A DNA stretch of 64,000 bases from positions 32,001 to 96,000 of the forward strand of contig JABCTZ010000011.1 in assembly GCA_018238155.1 (NCBI GenBank), read 5' to 3'. Made by a program: the position numbers and the translations under genes. Source of the DNA: Candidatus Heimdallarchaeota archaeon. Lineage in GTDB: Archaea > Asgardarchaeota > Heimdallarchaeia > JABLTI01. Below are positions 20,868-30,742 of this stretch, in pieces. The notes beneath the pieces were generated by a model that was not told the origin of the DNA, made no database searches, and saw only the letters and a list, made by a program, of their open reading frames with translations. How positions within the stretch are numbered: the stretch's first letter is position 1; every line of letters starts with the position of its first letter.

Positions 20868-21007
20868 TGGCGGGCGTGACGCGATTTGAATTCGCGGAAC
20901 TGGGATCACAACCCTGATTCTCACGCGACCTCTTAGTTAAAAGCCAAGAGCTCTACCTAGCTTTGCCTGATATTGGAAATCTTCCAAAATCATTGAGCTA
21001 CACGCCC
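20868..21007 (-). tRNA. tRNA-Lys(TTT) with two non-canonical introns (D-loop 20962-20993, T-arm 20891-20921)
   Basis: Removing the 32- and 31-nt inserts gives GGGCGTGTAGCTCAGCTAGGTAGAGCTCTTGGCTTTTAACTAAGAGGTCGCGTGTTCAAATCGCGTCACGCCCGCCA. Confidence 0.9.
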
Positions 21008-21123
21008 GTGTTGTTTTATTTTTGTGAGTTTTCTCTTTTTAAATTTGCCGTTTTGTTTATTTTTCTTTTACGCTTCTATATTCAAATAATCGCTAATTTT
21101 TTCTTTTCTTCCCTTTCTATCAT

Positions 21124-21306
21124 CTATTTATTCTTTGAATAGTTGTAATATTTATCACCGTACTTTTTTGTACGTACTTTCTTTCCTTTATATCGATGCC
21201 ATTCAGCTTTCTTTTCTGCTTCTTTTTTAGTCATTCCTTTACTTATTAATGAAAATCTTTCATTCTCAACTTTGATTGTTTTTGGGACTTCTGTTTTCCT
21301 TGACAT
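21124..21306 (-). CDS. Small basic hypothetical protein
   Basis: 60 aa, Lys-rich, TKKEAEKKA motif. Confidence 0.55.
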   Translation of the reverse strand: MSRKTEVPKTIKVENERFSLISKGMTKKEAEKKAEWHRYKGKKVRTKKYGDKYYNYSKNK

Positions 21307-21400
21307 TGTAAACCAGCTAGCTTTCCGTATTATAGAATTTCAATTATACTAAATAAAAGATTCCCAGAAATTTCGTCTATTTTCTAAGTTAACGTGCTTT

Positions 21401-22396
21401 TTAAGGCATTTTATTGAGTTTTAGAGTTACATATGGGATATCCTTCTCTATCATTGGTTTCCATTTCTCAATCAATTTTTTTGACCATTCTGTTGGGTTT
21501 AGTTTATGTTCTCTAATAATTACAGCGTAAAGTAGAATGTGTCTCATTCTAAGAAATAATGCTATTTTATTTACCCACCAATTACTAAGGTTGTTTTCTT
21601 GATTATATCCTTTCAAAAATTTGATTAAAAAATCACTGATGAATTCTTCTCTGCTTCTTTCACCATTCAATTTTGCCCATAGTGCAGTGAATAGAATTAC
21701 AGCAATATCTGCAATAAACCAATTATATTCGGAATCATCAAAATCAAAGAGAGTAATTTTACCGTCACTAATTAAAAAATTTGATTGATGAATATCATAA
21801 TGAATTAGTCCGTATGAATCTCTATCTTTGGGTAAAGATTCAATTGTCTGAATAATTTCTTTTGCTCTTTTTAGTGCTACCAGTTCTTTATTTAGATATT
21901 CTTCAATTTTTGGTATATATTCGCTCCAGACAGGTCGTCTTCTCTCTTTGCTCGTTGGCAAATATTCTTTGGTAAGCCTGTGAAGTCTTCCAACCAATTT
22001 TCCCCATTCTATAATGAGAGAATCAGTAAGTAGATGTTTATTTTTATTCAAGAATAATCCTTCAGCTTTTTGGAATGCAGCTATTAAAAAATAGGTTGAA
22101 TCTTGTTGAGTAATTTTTTCCACATAATTACCTTTAGATGAAGGATACGCTTGGCATACACGTGCTTCATTTTCTGCTAGAAAATTTATCCACTCAAGTT
22201 CTCCTTTTATCTGTTTGATATTTCTATGTGAACTATGCGTTATTCTCAAAATACATGGTGTCCCCTTCCAAATGCTTTCAAAAATGAAACTTTCAAATGA
22301 ATCTATTTTTTTTGTTTTCTCTTTCTCTAATTCAAAAAGCTCAATAGCTTGATTTAATATTTCATCTGAAAATAAATTCTCAATTTCTGATTTCAT
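21401..22396 (-). CDS. APH / type II homoserine kinase-like phosphotransferase
   Basis: GLIHYDIHQSN, LFDFDD, DIA. Confidence 0.92.
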   Translation of the reverse strand: MKSEIENLFSDEILNQAIELFELEKEKTKKIDSFESFIFESIWKGTPCILRITHSSHRNIKQIKGELEWINFLAENEARVCQAYPSSKGNYVEKITQQDSTYFLIAAFQKAEGLFLNKNKHLLTDSLIIEWGKLVGRLHRLTKEYLPTSKERRRPVWSEYIPKIEEYLNKELVALKRAKEIIQTIESLPKDRDSYGLIHYDIHQSNFLISDGKITLFDFDDSEYNWFIADIAVILFTALWAKLNGERSREEFISDFLIKFLKGYNQENNLSNWWVNKIALFLRMRHILLYAVIIREHKLNPTEWSKKLIEKWKPMIEKDIPYVTLKLNKMP

Positions 22397-22595
22397 TGGT
22401 TAAAGCTCCAATTTTACTCAAGAATGATATCAAATAATCTCTTTGTTTAATCTAGTTTGTTATATTATGAAAGATTTTTATTTATGAGCGGTGCATAAAT
22501 AGTCAAGATATTGCCACAAAATCATTTGCCTCTTGAGAACTATTTAATTAGATTAAGTTTAACGTATAGTAATTAAAAGAATCAAATTAGAGAAA

Positions 22596-24887
22596 GTGTC
22601 GGGGAAAAATTGTATGTCAAAATCTGAATTATTCGATGTTTTAAATGATCAACTTTTTGATCGCTTGGTGGACTTTGATGCTCTTCGAAAAGATATTTTT
22701 ACTTCTTTAGAGGGGTCCAAAATGGAAAAACTAGGTGATATTTGGTTAGTATTTGCAAAAAGTTGTGCATCCTCCTTAAGTCAAATTGCTACTGCTTCTC
22801 GATTAGAGCGATATGAATATCAAGAAACTTTAATGGATAATATCAAATCACTTCGAAAAAATCCTAAGGCACTTGAAGTGGTTACAAAATCTCGTGATCA
22901 ATCAATTCTGTTAGAGTTTTTTGCTAGGGCACTTTCCTTGCTCTACTATGAAACAATTATTGAAGGTCTATGTAATGGACCTAAAGATCCTTCTTTGATT
23001 AAAGAATTCGCTAAACAAGCACAAGAACTTTCAGATCTTATTTTGTTTAGTTTAGGTAAGGAACTATTGTTCGATAAAGAATTCCTAAAGATATTTGTAA
23101 ATATTGGTAAAATAAATTTTGAATCAAATATCAGTGAACAATTAGCTTCTTTTGAAAAAAGTAAGAATGAGGACCATAGAGAACTTCTTCTCGAGAGAAA
23201 AATAAAGAATCTTCGATATAGAGGAACATTATACAAAGATAATTACACAAAAATTCTCACAATTGCAAAAGAAGACTTTTGGTGGGATGATCAGATCCTT
23301 CGCTTTTGCCTTTTCTCGAAAGCAGAGAGTTACTTTGCAGAAGCACGAGCTATATTGCTAAAAAATCCCATTGATCCAGGATTATTAATGACCATTGATT
23401 TTGAGATTGCACTATGCAAAGGACAAGCTTTACTTGCTCGTGGAGAACATTTTCTTGAATTAGCAATAAATACACTAATTTCAGGTACTCATCAAAAGGC
23501 ATATGACTATTTCATGCTAGCTAATAAGCATTTTAATGATAGCCTCATTGAGTTGAAACAAGTTTCAGTTGAATCTACTTCTTCGTCAGATATTGTTTAT
23601 CAAATAGAATCAAATCTAGAGTTCACAGAATTATTTACTACTCTTTTGGCATTGTCATGTTCAATAATAGAAATTTCATCTCAGAAATTGACCAAAAAAG
23701 AATTGAAAACTCGATTAGAGAGTTTAACTTCTTTATCAGAAGCTCCATTAGCTAACATTGAATTTTATAGTCAATCTGCGTTTTTAAATACCATTGGTTT
23801 TGTTTTGGAGAATTTGAAAATTCTAAGTAAGCATGAAACTTTAACATTTGATCGAATTCAGAAAGAAATTAAAAAGGGTTTCAAAAGACTTGGTTTAATA
23901 TTCAAAGGTCGTATTGATAACATTGGTCGTTCCTTCTTACAGTTAAATTGGGATGATGATGAAAAAGATATTGAAATTAAGAACTCCTTCTGTGCAAAGG
24001 AACCTGAGAAGATACAAGAAATTCTAATTTCAGTACTACTCATGCCATCTTTTGTTAAAGATAGAAAAACATTGATCGCAAAAAACAAGTCAATGTTGAG
24101 TATTGTTAATAGTGAATCCTATAGATTAAGGGGATTAAAAGAGAAAAATGCTACAAAAGCATTGACTTTACTTGTTAAAAGTCATTTAAGTGCAAAAGAA
24201 TCATTTGAAAACATCTCGAAAGGAAAAGTTTTGGGTGAGCTGAAGCAATTTATTGAAAGAGAGTTTAGTCGAACTTATATTCAAAGTCATTTGAAAGAAA
24301 CAACAATTTTGCAAACGGGAAATCAATACTTCTTTGCTCGCTATCTCTTGAGAACACTTCCCGATATTTTACGTACAATGGATTTAACAAAAATCCCTCG
24401 AGATATTGCCATTTTAATCATTGAAAATCATGGTGCAATGTTTGATTCAATGATAACAATTTGGGGAAGGTTAACCTCTCACTACAATAACCTTATAGAT
24501 CACAACCAAAAATATCCGGACATATCAAATGAATTAGTTGATTGGCAATATATCTTAAAGAAAAGAGAACATACAAAGGGTTCCATGTTATTTTTCAAAT
24601 CATGTCAAGCGGTAGTTCAAGCACAGGAATATGCTCGAATAAAAGAAAGGATAAAGGCTGAAAAATTCTTCGCCGCTGCAAGTAAATATGCAGGAGAATC
24701 AGCTCAAATCTTCAATTCGGTTATTGATACTCTGAAAGGTGAAGTGCAACAAATGCCAGCTGATTTGTACAATTTTGCCAACTTTTGTAAAGTGCAAGGA
24801 CAAAAAATTTCACAGAGCAAAAAGGTTGATGAATTGCCTATCAAGGATTTTGTTGTGTTGATTGGTATTATTTCAGCTTCACTTTAA
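22596..24887 (+). CDS. Large alpha-helical (TPR/solenoid-like) hypothetical protein
   Basis: 763 aa, AYDYF..A..HF and AEKFF..A helical-repeat patterns. Confidence 0.6.
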   Translation: MSGKNCMSKSELFDVLNDQLFDRLVDFDALRKDIFTSLEGSKMEKLGDIWLVFAKSCASSLSQIATASRLERYEYQETLMDNIKSLRKNPKALEVVTKSRDQSILLEFFARALSLLYYETIIEGLCNGPKDPSLIKEFAKQAQELSDLILFSLGKELLFDKEFLKIFVNIGKINFESNISEQLASFEKSKNEDHRELLLERKIKNLRYRGTLYKDNYTKILTIAKEDFWWDDQILRFCLFSKAESYFAEARAILLKNPIDPGLLMTIDFEIALCKGQALLARGEHFLELAINTLISGTHQKAYDYFMLANKHFNDSLIELKQVSVESTSSSDIVYQIESNLEFTELFTTLLALSCSIIEISSQKLTKKELKTRLESLTSLSEAPLANIEFYSQSAFLNTIGFVLENLKILSKHETLTFDRIQKEIKKGFKRLGLIFKGRIDNIGRSFLQLNWDDDEKDIEIKNSFCAKEPEKIQEILISVLLMPSFVKDRKTLIAKNKSMLSIVNSESYRLRGLKEKNATKALTLLVKSHLSAKESFENISKGKVLGELKQFIEREFSRTYIQSHLKETTILQTGNQYFFARYLLRTLPDILRTMDLTKIPRDIAILIIENHGAMFDSMITIWGRLTSHYNNLIDHNQKYPDISNELVDWQYILKKREHTKGSMLFFKSCQAVVQAQEYARIKERIKAEKFFAAASKYAGESAQIFNSVIDTLKGEVQQMPADLYNFANFCKVQGQKISQSKKVDELPIKDFVVLIGIISASL

Positions 24888-24936
24888 TCTGCTAAAACAT
24901 TAATAAAAGTTAAGAAGGAATGAGTAGTTCACATAT

Positions 24937-26160
24937 TTGATAAAGATGCCAAGTATAGCTACTAATCAAACTGAACTTTTATTTTGGAAAAATTCTTACA
25001 CGAAAGAATTCGAAGCAAAAATACTTGATATAACCAAAAAAGGAGTTGTTTTGGATAAGACTCTTTTTTATCCAACAGGTGGTGGTCAGTTTTCTGATAT
25101 AGGATATTTACAATTAAAATCAAATAAAGATGTTCGATTAAATGTAAGTTCAGTAGAAAAAATTGACGGAAAAATAGTCCACATTATACAAGAAAAACAG
25201 CTACTTAAACTGAAAATAGCTGATCTTGTTATTGGTCGAATCAATTGGGAAAGAAGATACAATTTGATGAAAGCTCACACATCTCAACATGTTTTATCTG
25301 CGATGATAATGAAGCATGTAAATATCAAAACTTCAAAAGCAGTAATCGATGTCTCAGATGTATCAATCCATTTAGAAAAACCAATTATTAAAGAAAAACT
25401 CCTTGTAGCATTACTGGAAACAAATAAAATACTAAATACGGAAATAAAGATTGAATCCAAAGTCATTTCAAAAGAAAAAATACCTGTCTCTTTAAGGGAT
25501 AGTTTGAGAGGTCATTTAGAAGAAATTTCAGTTGATAAAATTAGAATTGTTTCTATTGAAGGAATAGATAATTCCTTGTGTGGAGGAACGCATTGTAAAG
25601 TTACATCTGAAATTGGGTCATTATTTTTAAGTGATATTAAAGGAGATAATATCACATATGTGTTTGGAACCTCTGCATTAGAGAACCTAACAAAATTGTC
25701 CTTAGAAGCAACTACAACTGCAAAATTGCTCTCAGCAAAACCTGACGAAGTTTTTCAAAGAATGGAAAAAATGATAAATGAATTCAATGAAATGAAAGAG
25801 CTTAACTATCAGCTGGTAAAAAAAGTTGTTAAATCACAAATGGCAGAAATAAAGAAAAATCCGAATCGAATAAATGCTTTTCAGATACTTATGGGTGATT
25901 TTTCATTTGCAGAGAAAAAACATGTTCTTCAAGAATTGGGAAAATTACCTGAGGAATTCCTTGCTATTTTTGTTGTTAAAGGACCTATATTGTTAATTGC
26001 TTCTTCATCCAAACAACTCGCAGCTAACAAATTGATTCAACTTTTTATTGAAGAAACCAATAATAATGGTGGTGGTTCCTCAACTATAGCACAAGCATCC
26101 ATTAGTGAATCTGAAAAGGATCTTAAAATAATATCAAAAATAATTTCCGAATATAAATAA
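24937..26160 (+). CDS. alaX: Alanyl-tRNA editing protein AlaX (long form)
   Basis: TLFYPTGGGQ..D.G, HTSQH, CGGTH, C-terminal GGGS (DHHA1). Confidence 0.95.
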   Translation: MIKMPSIATNQTELLFWKNSYTKEFEAKILDITKKGVVLDKTLFYPTGGGQFSDIGYLQLKSNKDVRLNVSSVEKIDGKIVHIIQEKQLLKLKIADLVIGRINWERRYNLMKAHTSQHVLSAMIMKHVNIKTSKAVIDVSDVSIHLEKPIIKEKLLVALLETNKILNTEIKIESKVISKEKIPVSLRDSLRGHLEEISVDKIRIVSIEGIDNSLCGGTHCKVTSEIGSLFLSDIKGDNITYVFGTSALENLTKLSLEATTTAKLLSAKPDEVFQRMEKMINEFNEMKELNYQLVKKVVKSQMAEIKKNPNRINAFQILMGDFSFAEKKHVLQELGKLPEEFLAIFVVKGPILLIASSSKQLAANKLIQLFIEETNNNGGGSSTIAQASISESEKDLKIISKIISEYK

Positions 26161-26182
26161 AAGAAGAAATAAAGATGGTAAT

Positions 26183-27028
26183 TTACAACCATTCTTCTTT
26201 AATAATTTCCAAAGCAGTAGGGTCAAAACCTGCTACAATATCGATAATTAAATCATAAGCATCTTGACTAACATCCATTTTGACGAGATCAATTGCTTTT
26301 GAACCGATTTGGGGTTCTTTTGCAAGTTCAATCAACATCTTTGCAAATTCAATTATCATGTCGATTTTCAGCTTAGCGGCATATGCTATTCCTTTTGGCT
26401 CCAAAGTAATCAATTTATTCAGAAAAGTTCTAGAATAATTAGAGGTTTTACCGTTTAGAACTTTATTTGAATCCAGATTAACAATTACTGCATCATTATA
26501 TTGTTTTGCTAGTTCAGGTTTTGTTCCAATAATTTGTTTGTTCTTAGTTACTTTCTCTGCCCATTCTACAACAGATGGGTATCTTGTTGGTGCAAAGAGC
26601 TGAAGTGTACGAACAATACGCTTTACAAATTTGCTATTTTTGCTTGTAATAACGATTTGCTTGCTTGATAGAACTGCATGGATAACCTTATCCGCTTCTT
26701 TAACTTGACTTACAAGGAATTTTACATCAGCTATTTCTTCTGTAGACCATTTCTCATCCTCATCACTACCTGTTTCCAGATTACCTACAAAAGGCGAAAC
26801 AGATGCTTGTCTCACAGCATAATTTCTATCAAGAACAATATTCATGATCATTTCTTTACCGTCTTTGCAATGATGAATTGTTGAAACTTGATATAATCCT
26901 CCAATGTGAGGTAAAAGATCTCTGGTAGAGATTTGAAAAACGTCTACATTTTTGCATTGATCACACATAGCACGGACGGAAATAATTGATTTCGTAGTTT
27001 TCCCTTTCTTGCTTTTACTCATTATCAT
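26183..27028 (-). CDS. Zn-binding N-terminus plus DENN-like domain protein
   Basis: CDQC..HHC; VIHAVLSSKQIVITS..VKRIVRTLQLFAP..IIGT..VIVNLDS matches the core DENN pattern. Confidence 0.6.
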   Translation of the reverse strand: MIMSKSKKGKTTKSIISVRAMCDQCKNVDVFQISTRDLLPHIGGLYQVSTIHHCKDGKEMIMNIVLDRNYAVRQASVSPFVGNLETGSDEDEKWSTEEIADVKFLVSQVKEADKVIHAVLSSKQIVITSKNSKFVKRIVRTLQLFAPTRYPSVVEWAEKVTKNKQIIGTKPELAKQYNDAVIVNLDSNKVLNGKTSNYSRTFLNKLITLEPKGIAYAAKLKIDMIIEFAKMLIELAKEPQIGSKAIDLVKMDVSQDAYDLIIDIVAGFDPTALEIIKEEWL

Positions 27029-27235
27029 AGATTCTCCAATGGTTTAGTTGTTTAATAATACTGTATAGTTAAACACAATAATTCTATCTGATAACTTATC
27101 AAATAAAAAAGTAACCAATGTGGAAAATTAACTAAAAAACTGTTTTAGGCGATAAAAATAAATCATGATCTCTAAGTTGAGATTATCAAGATCTTCTAAT
27201 TTTGAGTAAAATCTTTACAGAGGTAAAGATAAAAA

Positions 27236-27661
27236 ATGATGTGGTCGCGTGTTTCCAAAATCTCACATAAGAAACATTTCACAACATTCAATCAGTATGA
27301 TTTGGATGCCAGTAGAATTAACTTCAAAGAAGTCAAAGAGGAAATTGAGTCCAGACAGAATTGTCCAATTAGATTATACTCGTTTATATACAATTCAAAA
27401 GATTTAAGTAGAATTGTTGAATCTCTAAAATATGGTAAGAGTAGTTTAAGGAATCATATTCTCCTGATGGTGAATATAATACTAAACGACTATTACGGAA
27501 ACATACAAAAGTATGAAAAAACTATTATCTCTACATCGGTAAGTAACCGAGATGAAAACTCATTACTGCTATGGATGTCGAGAGGCATTCCTTCAATGAC
27601 CGTAATAATGCTGAATCCAAGAGTGCAACAAACTCAATGCGGAAAGAGGCTTGAAGTATAG
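27236..27661 (+). CDS. Hypothetical protein
   Basis: 141-aa ORF with GAGGT SD. Confidence 0.5.
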   Translation: MMWSRVSKISHKKHFTTFNQYDLDASRINFKEVKEEIESRQNCPIRLYSFIYNSKDLSRIVESLKYGKSSLRNHILLMVNIILNDYYGNIQKYEKTIISTSVSNRDENSLLLWMSRGIPSMTVIMLNPRVQQTQCGKRLEV

Positions 27662-27706
27662 GCAGTGAAGTAGATTGACTGAGAAAGTCAAAATGGTGAC
27701 AGTACT

Positions 27707-28204
27707 ATGATCAATGTTAAAGCGTTCGACAATGTCCTTAGTAAAATCATTAAAGCCGAAGCTGGCATAAGAAAAGTTATCCTAGTCGATAGAACAGGGT
27801 TAACTATTGCACACGTTTCAAAGTTCTCGTACTTCCCCATTGATGTAGATGGAGTAGGCGCGATTGCTAGTGCAGTCTTTGTTGCCAGTGAAGAACAAGG
27901 AGTAAACCTTGATCTAGGTGATTTAGATATTGTCTCATCAGAATTTAGCAAAGGGAAGATTTTTGCTGCAAGTTGTGGAAAGGGGATCCTCTGTGTTATA
28001 ACAGACAATGATGTTAATATTGGGTTAGTCAGACTTGTCTTAAAAAGAGAGGCTTCCGAAATTGAAAAATTATTGAATGAATTCTTATCAGAAAAGATAT
28101 CATTTCCATCTACAGCTGCAGAAGATGCAGCAAATCTAACAAGTGCAGATGAGTCAATGGATGATAATCTAGAAGAAGCTCTAAAGGAGCTCGAAAAATT
28201 CTAA
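27707..28204 (+). CDS. Roadblock/LC7 domain protein with acidic tail
   Basis: ILVDRTGLTIA, GAIASA, VNIGLVRL. Confidence 0.92.
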   Translation: MINVKAFDNVLSKIIKAEAGIRKVILVDRTGLTIAHVSKFSYFPIDVDGVGAIASAVFVASEEQGVNLDLGDLDIVSSEFSKGKIFAASCGKGILCVITDNDVNIGLVRLVLKREASEIEKLLNEFLSEKISFPSTAAEDAANLTSADESMDDNLEEALKELEKF

Positions 28205-28289
28205 AAAAAGTAAAATAATGATTCAATGAAAATATAATGATAGAAGCTTCTGAAAAATGAGCTTCTAGTTTTTATCTTTCTAAAAGGAA

Positions 28290-28598
28290 TTATTTCTTTT
28301 TCTTGTCTTTCAAAACGATTAGAATATAATCATTCTCAGGTGCTACTAGTATTTCTCCTTTAGTTGTGTCGATGGTAAAGAAATTCAAATCCCCTTCTTC
28401 TAATTGATCTACTGCTTGCTTCGCTTTTCCTACGAGAGATGAAACTAATGCAGCAATAGATTCTGTTTTATCCGTTTCTATATCACTAGATATAGGTAGA
28501 CCCTCTTTTGTTGTAATAATAACTCCCCTAACTCCATCGAATCCTGCGAGTTTTTTAAGAGTGGATTGAAATTGTTTTTGAGATATCATAATAGTCAC
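28290..28598 (-). CDS. Roadblock/LC7 (dynein light chain-like) protein
   Basis: [42 protein letters not shown]. Confidence 0.95.
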   Translation of the reverse strand: MTIMISQKQFQSTLKKLAGFDGVRGVIITTKEGLPISSDIETDKTESIAALVSSLVGKAKQAVDQLEEGDLNFFTIDTTKGEILVAPENDYILIVLKDKKKK

Positions 28599-28689
28599 CA
28601 GATATAGATTACTTAGGTATAAGAGCTGTTTTAAGGATTTCTAAATTAGCAAAAATAGCTCTTTTTTCTTAAATATAGTCGCTTTTTTT

Positions 28690-28914
28690 CTATTCTTTTG
28701 ACCAATATTTGCCTTTTTGTCTTCGTTTTAGTTCGGCCTTTTTGCTATTATTCCAGTTTTCAATAACTGAAAAATAACCAACTACTCTGCTTATACCATA
28801 AACATTCACACTTGAACAGAGTGGACATTGTGGGGTCATTATATCTGCAGTATTCTCTTTTTTCTCAATTGAACTAAGGCTATTTTTCTTTTTGGAAGTG
28901 GGGTTAGCAGTCAT
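28690..28914 (-). CDS. Stand-alone NrdD C-terminal (Zn ribbon half + glycyl radical loop) protein
   Basis: CPLC...SRVVGYFS..NWN..KKAE..RR; likely start MTANPTS. Confidence 0.85.
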   Translation of the reverse strand: MTANPTSKKKNSLSSIEKKENTADIMTPQCPLCSSVNVYGISRVVGYFSVIENWNNSKKAELKRRQKGKYWSKE

Positions 28915-29035
28915 TTTTCTAATCACAAGCTCTCTTCTGTACCTTAGTATATTGTAAAAAGTATAAAAACAGCTCAATACTTACCAATAGCGAAACTATT
29001 ATTTTGGTTAATAGTTAATATTTAGAGTATAGAAA

Positions 29036-29794
29036 TTGGATGGAAAGCTCTTGAAAGTCTATTCTTTAGTTGGTAGAAAACTCGTCGAATGTTCTCCAGA
29101 TGAATTACTGGAATCACAAGTTGGTATGATCCTTGATGAAGAAGAAGAAATGATTCGTTTAGTTATCACACGTGATGCACGCAAAAAACAGCGAGAATAC
29201 CTCTTGCAACAAACTGCTGATTTTAATAAGAAGGAGTTTGCAGGTACTTTTCTTGTGTCATATTTAGAAAATCCTGAAATAATTAGTGCCTTTCTTGATG
29301 AAATAAAGAAAATTGAATCAGGAGAGATTTCTGAAAAACCAGCTGAAAAACAAAAAAGCAAACAAAAAAAGAAAAAGAAGAAGAAGAAAAAACCTGAAAC
29401 TGAAGAGGTTGAAAAAGAAACAACCATTTTGGAGCGATGGAACCCTGATCTTGTAAAAAAAGCAGTTATTTTTTTGGATGGAAAAGATTTTGTACATCTT
29501 CTTGAAATTCAAGAAATCTTAGAAGTAACAGAAGGTGAAGCGTATTGGTTAACTCAAGATTTAATTCATGTTGGCATTGTTCCTGGACGTTGGACCGGTT
29601 ATGCAGAAGGTCAATGGGTTTATCAAGTATTATCTGAACATCTCAAAAGCAAACAAAAATCCAAGAAAACTTCTACAAAAAAGCCGGCTACTAAAAAACC
29701 AACCAAAAAGAAACCTGCTGCTAAAAAGTCTACTACAACTAAATCCTCTTCTAAGAAGTCTACAAAACCTAAATCTAAGAACGATACTTCATAA
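29036..29794 (+). CDS. Possible gelsolin-like domain + winged helix + Lys-rich H1-like tail
   Basis: ILDEEEEMIRLVI..A..QR pattern; wHTH-like LLEIQEILEVTEGEAYWL..LI..G; KKPATKKPTKKKPAAKK tail. Confidence 0.5.
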   Translation: MDGKLLKVYSLVGRKLVECSPDELLESQVGMILDEEEEMIRLVITRDARKKQREYLLQQTADFNKKEFAGTFLVSYLENPEIISAFLDEIKKIESGEISEKPAEKQKSKQKKKKKKKKKPETEEVEKETTILERWNPDLVKKAVIFLDGKDFVHLLEIQEILEVTEGEAYWLTQDLIHVGIVPGRWTGYAEGQWVYQVLSEHLKSKQKSKKTSTKKPATKKPTKKKPAAKKSTTTKSSSKKSTKPKSKNDTS

Positions 29795-29815
29795 TGTGAT
29801 TCAAAAAATATCTTT

Positions 29816-30715
29816 TCATTGAAAAATGCCCATAAAAACAAAGGAGATTGCATATGTGAGGTAGAAGGTAAATAATACTACCAAACTTGACCTACTCATT
29901 GTTAGCTCTTTTGATTGACAAACAGCAGTAGTCATCAATGAAAGAGCCCAAATTTGCCCTAAAACAATTAATATTTGTCCTTCAAGGAAGAGAAAAGTAA
30001 CGGTAACTTTTGTTTGAAGCCAAATAAAGAATAATGCAACCATACTTGGAATCAAAGTAAAAGGGACAACAGCTAATAATTTTACCGGATTAAATTTACG
30101 TTTGTAGAACAAAGCATAAAGTAATTCAGAAAACAAAGCAAGAAAAGTCCACAAACCGATTATGCTTAAAGTAGAAAAATACCATCCCTCAACTTCAAGA
30201 GGATAAAATCCAATCAAAGCTAATTGACTATCAATTGCAAAGAAAAGCATTGCACCAATAATAATTGCTCCTTCAAAAAGCGTTCTGAGTGGTTCTGAAG
30301 CTAAATACTGAAATATCTTTCTTGGAAGGAAGAAAAAAATAATTAACTCAAGAGATTTTTTACCAAATGAATCTTCCTTTTTTGTAACGCGTTTTACATT
30401 TGATGCTTCAATTTGATCTCTATTTAAAATTATTAAATTATGAGCTACTTTACCAAGATCCGATAAAAGGTATTTCTTATTTTCATCTTGTTTAAGAAGT
30501 TCCTTTAAGGAATTTAGTTGATGATAGAGTGAACCTACTTTGAGGGATTTGAATTCCTTTCTCAGATCATTAAAACCCACGATTTGATGTTTGTTTACAA
30601 AAGAAAGAATGTTTCTTCTAATTTGATTACCTAAAGCAGTATAGATAATTTCTTCTTCAAGGTGAGATATTTCAACTTGCAGTAGATTGTTATCTAACTC
30701 GTTTTTTTTGCCCAT
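29816..30715 (-). CDS. ArsR-type wHTH fused to Yip1-like membrane domain
   Basis: ALGNQIRRNIL, GSLYHQL; about 5 TM helices ending IWALSL..AV. Confidence 0.8.
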   Translation of the reverse strand: MGKKNELDNNLLQVEISHLEEEIIYTALGNQIRRNILSFVNKHQIVGFNDLRKEFKSLKVGSLYHQLNSLKELLKQDENKKYLLSDLGKVAHNLIILNRDQIEASNVKRVTKKEDSFGKKSLELIIFFFLPRKIFQYLASEPLRTLFEGAIIIGAMLFFAIDSQLALIGFYPLEVEGWYFSTLSIIGLWTFLALFSELLYALFYKRKFNPVKLLAVVPFTLIPSMVALFFIWLQTKVTVTFLFLEGQILIVLGQIWALSLMTTAVCQSKELTMSRSSLVVLFTFYLTYAISFVFMGIFQ

Positions 30716-30742
30716 TGATAATCACGTTAGAAGATAAATTGT

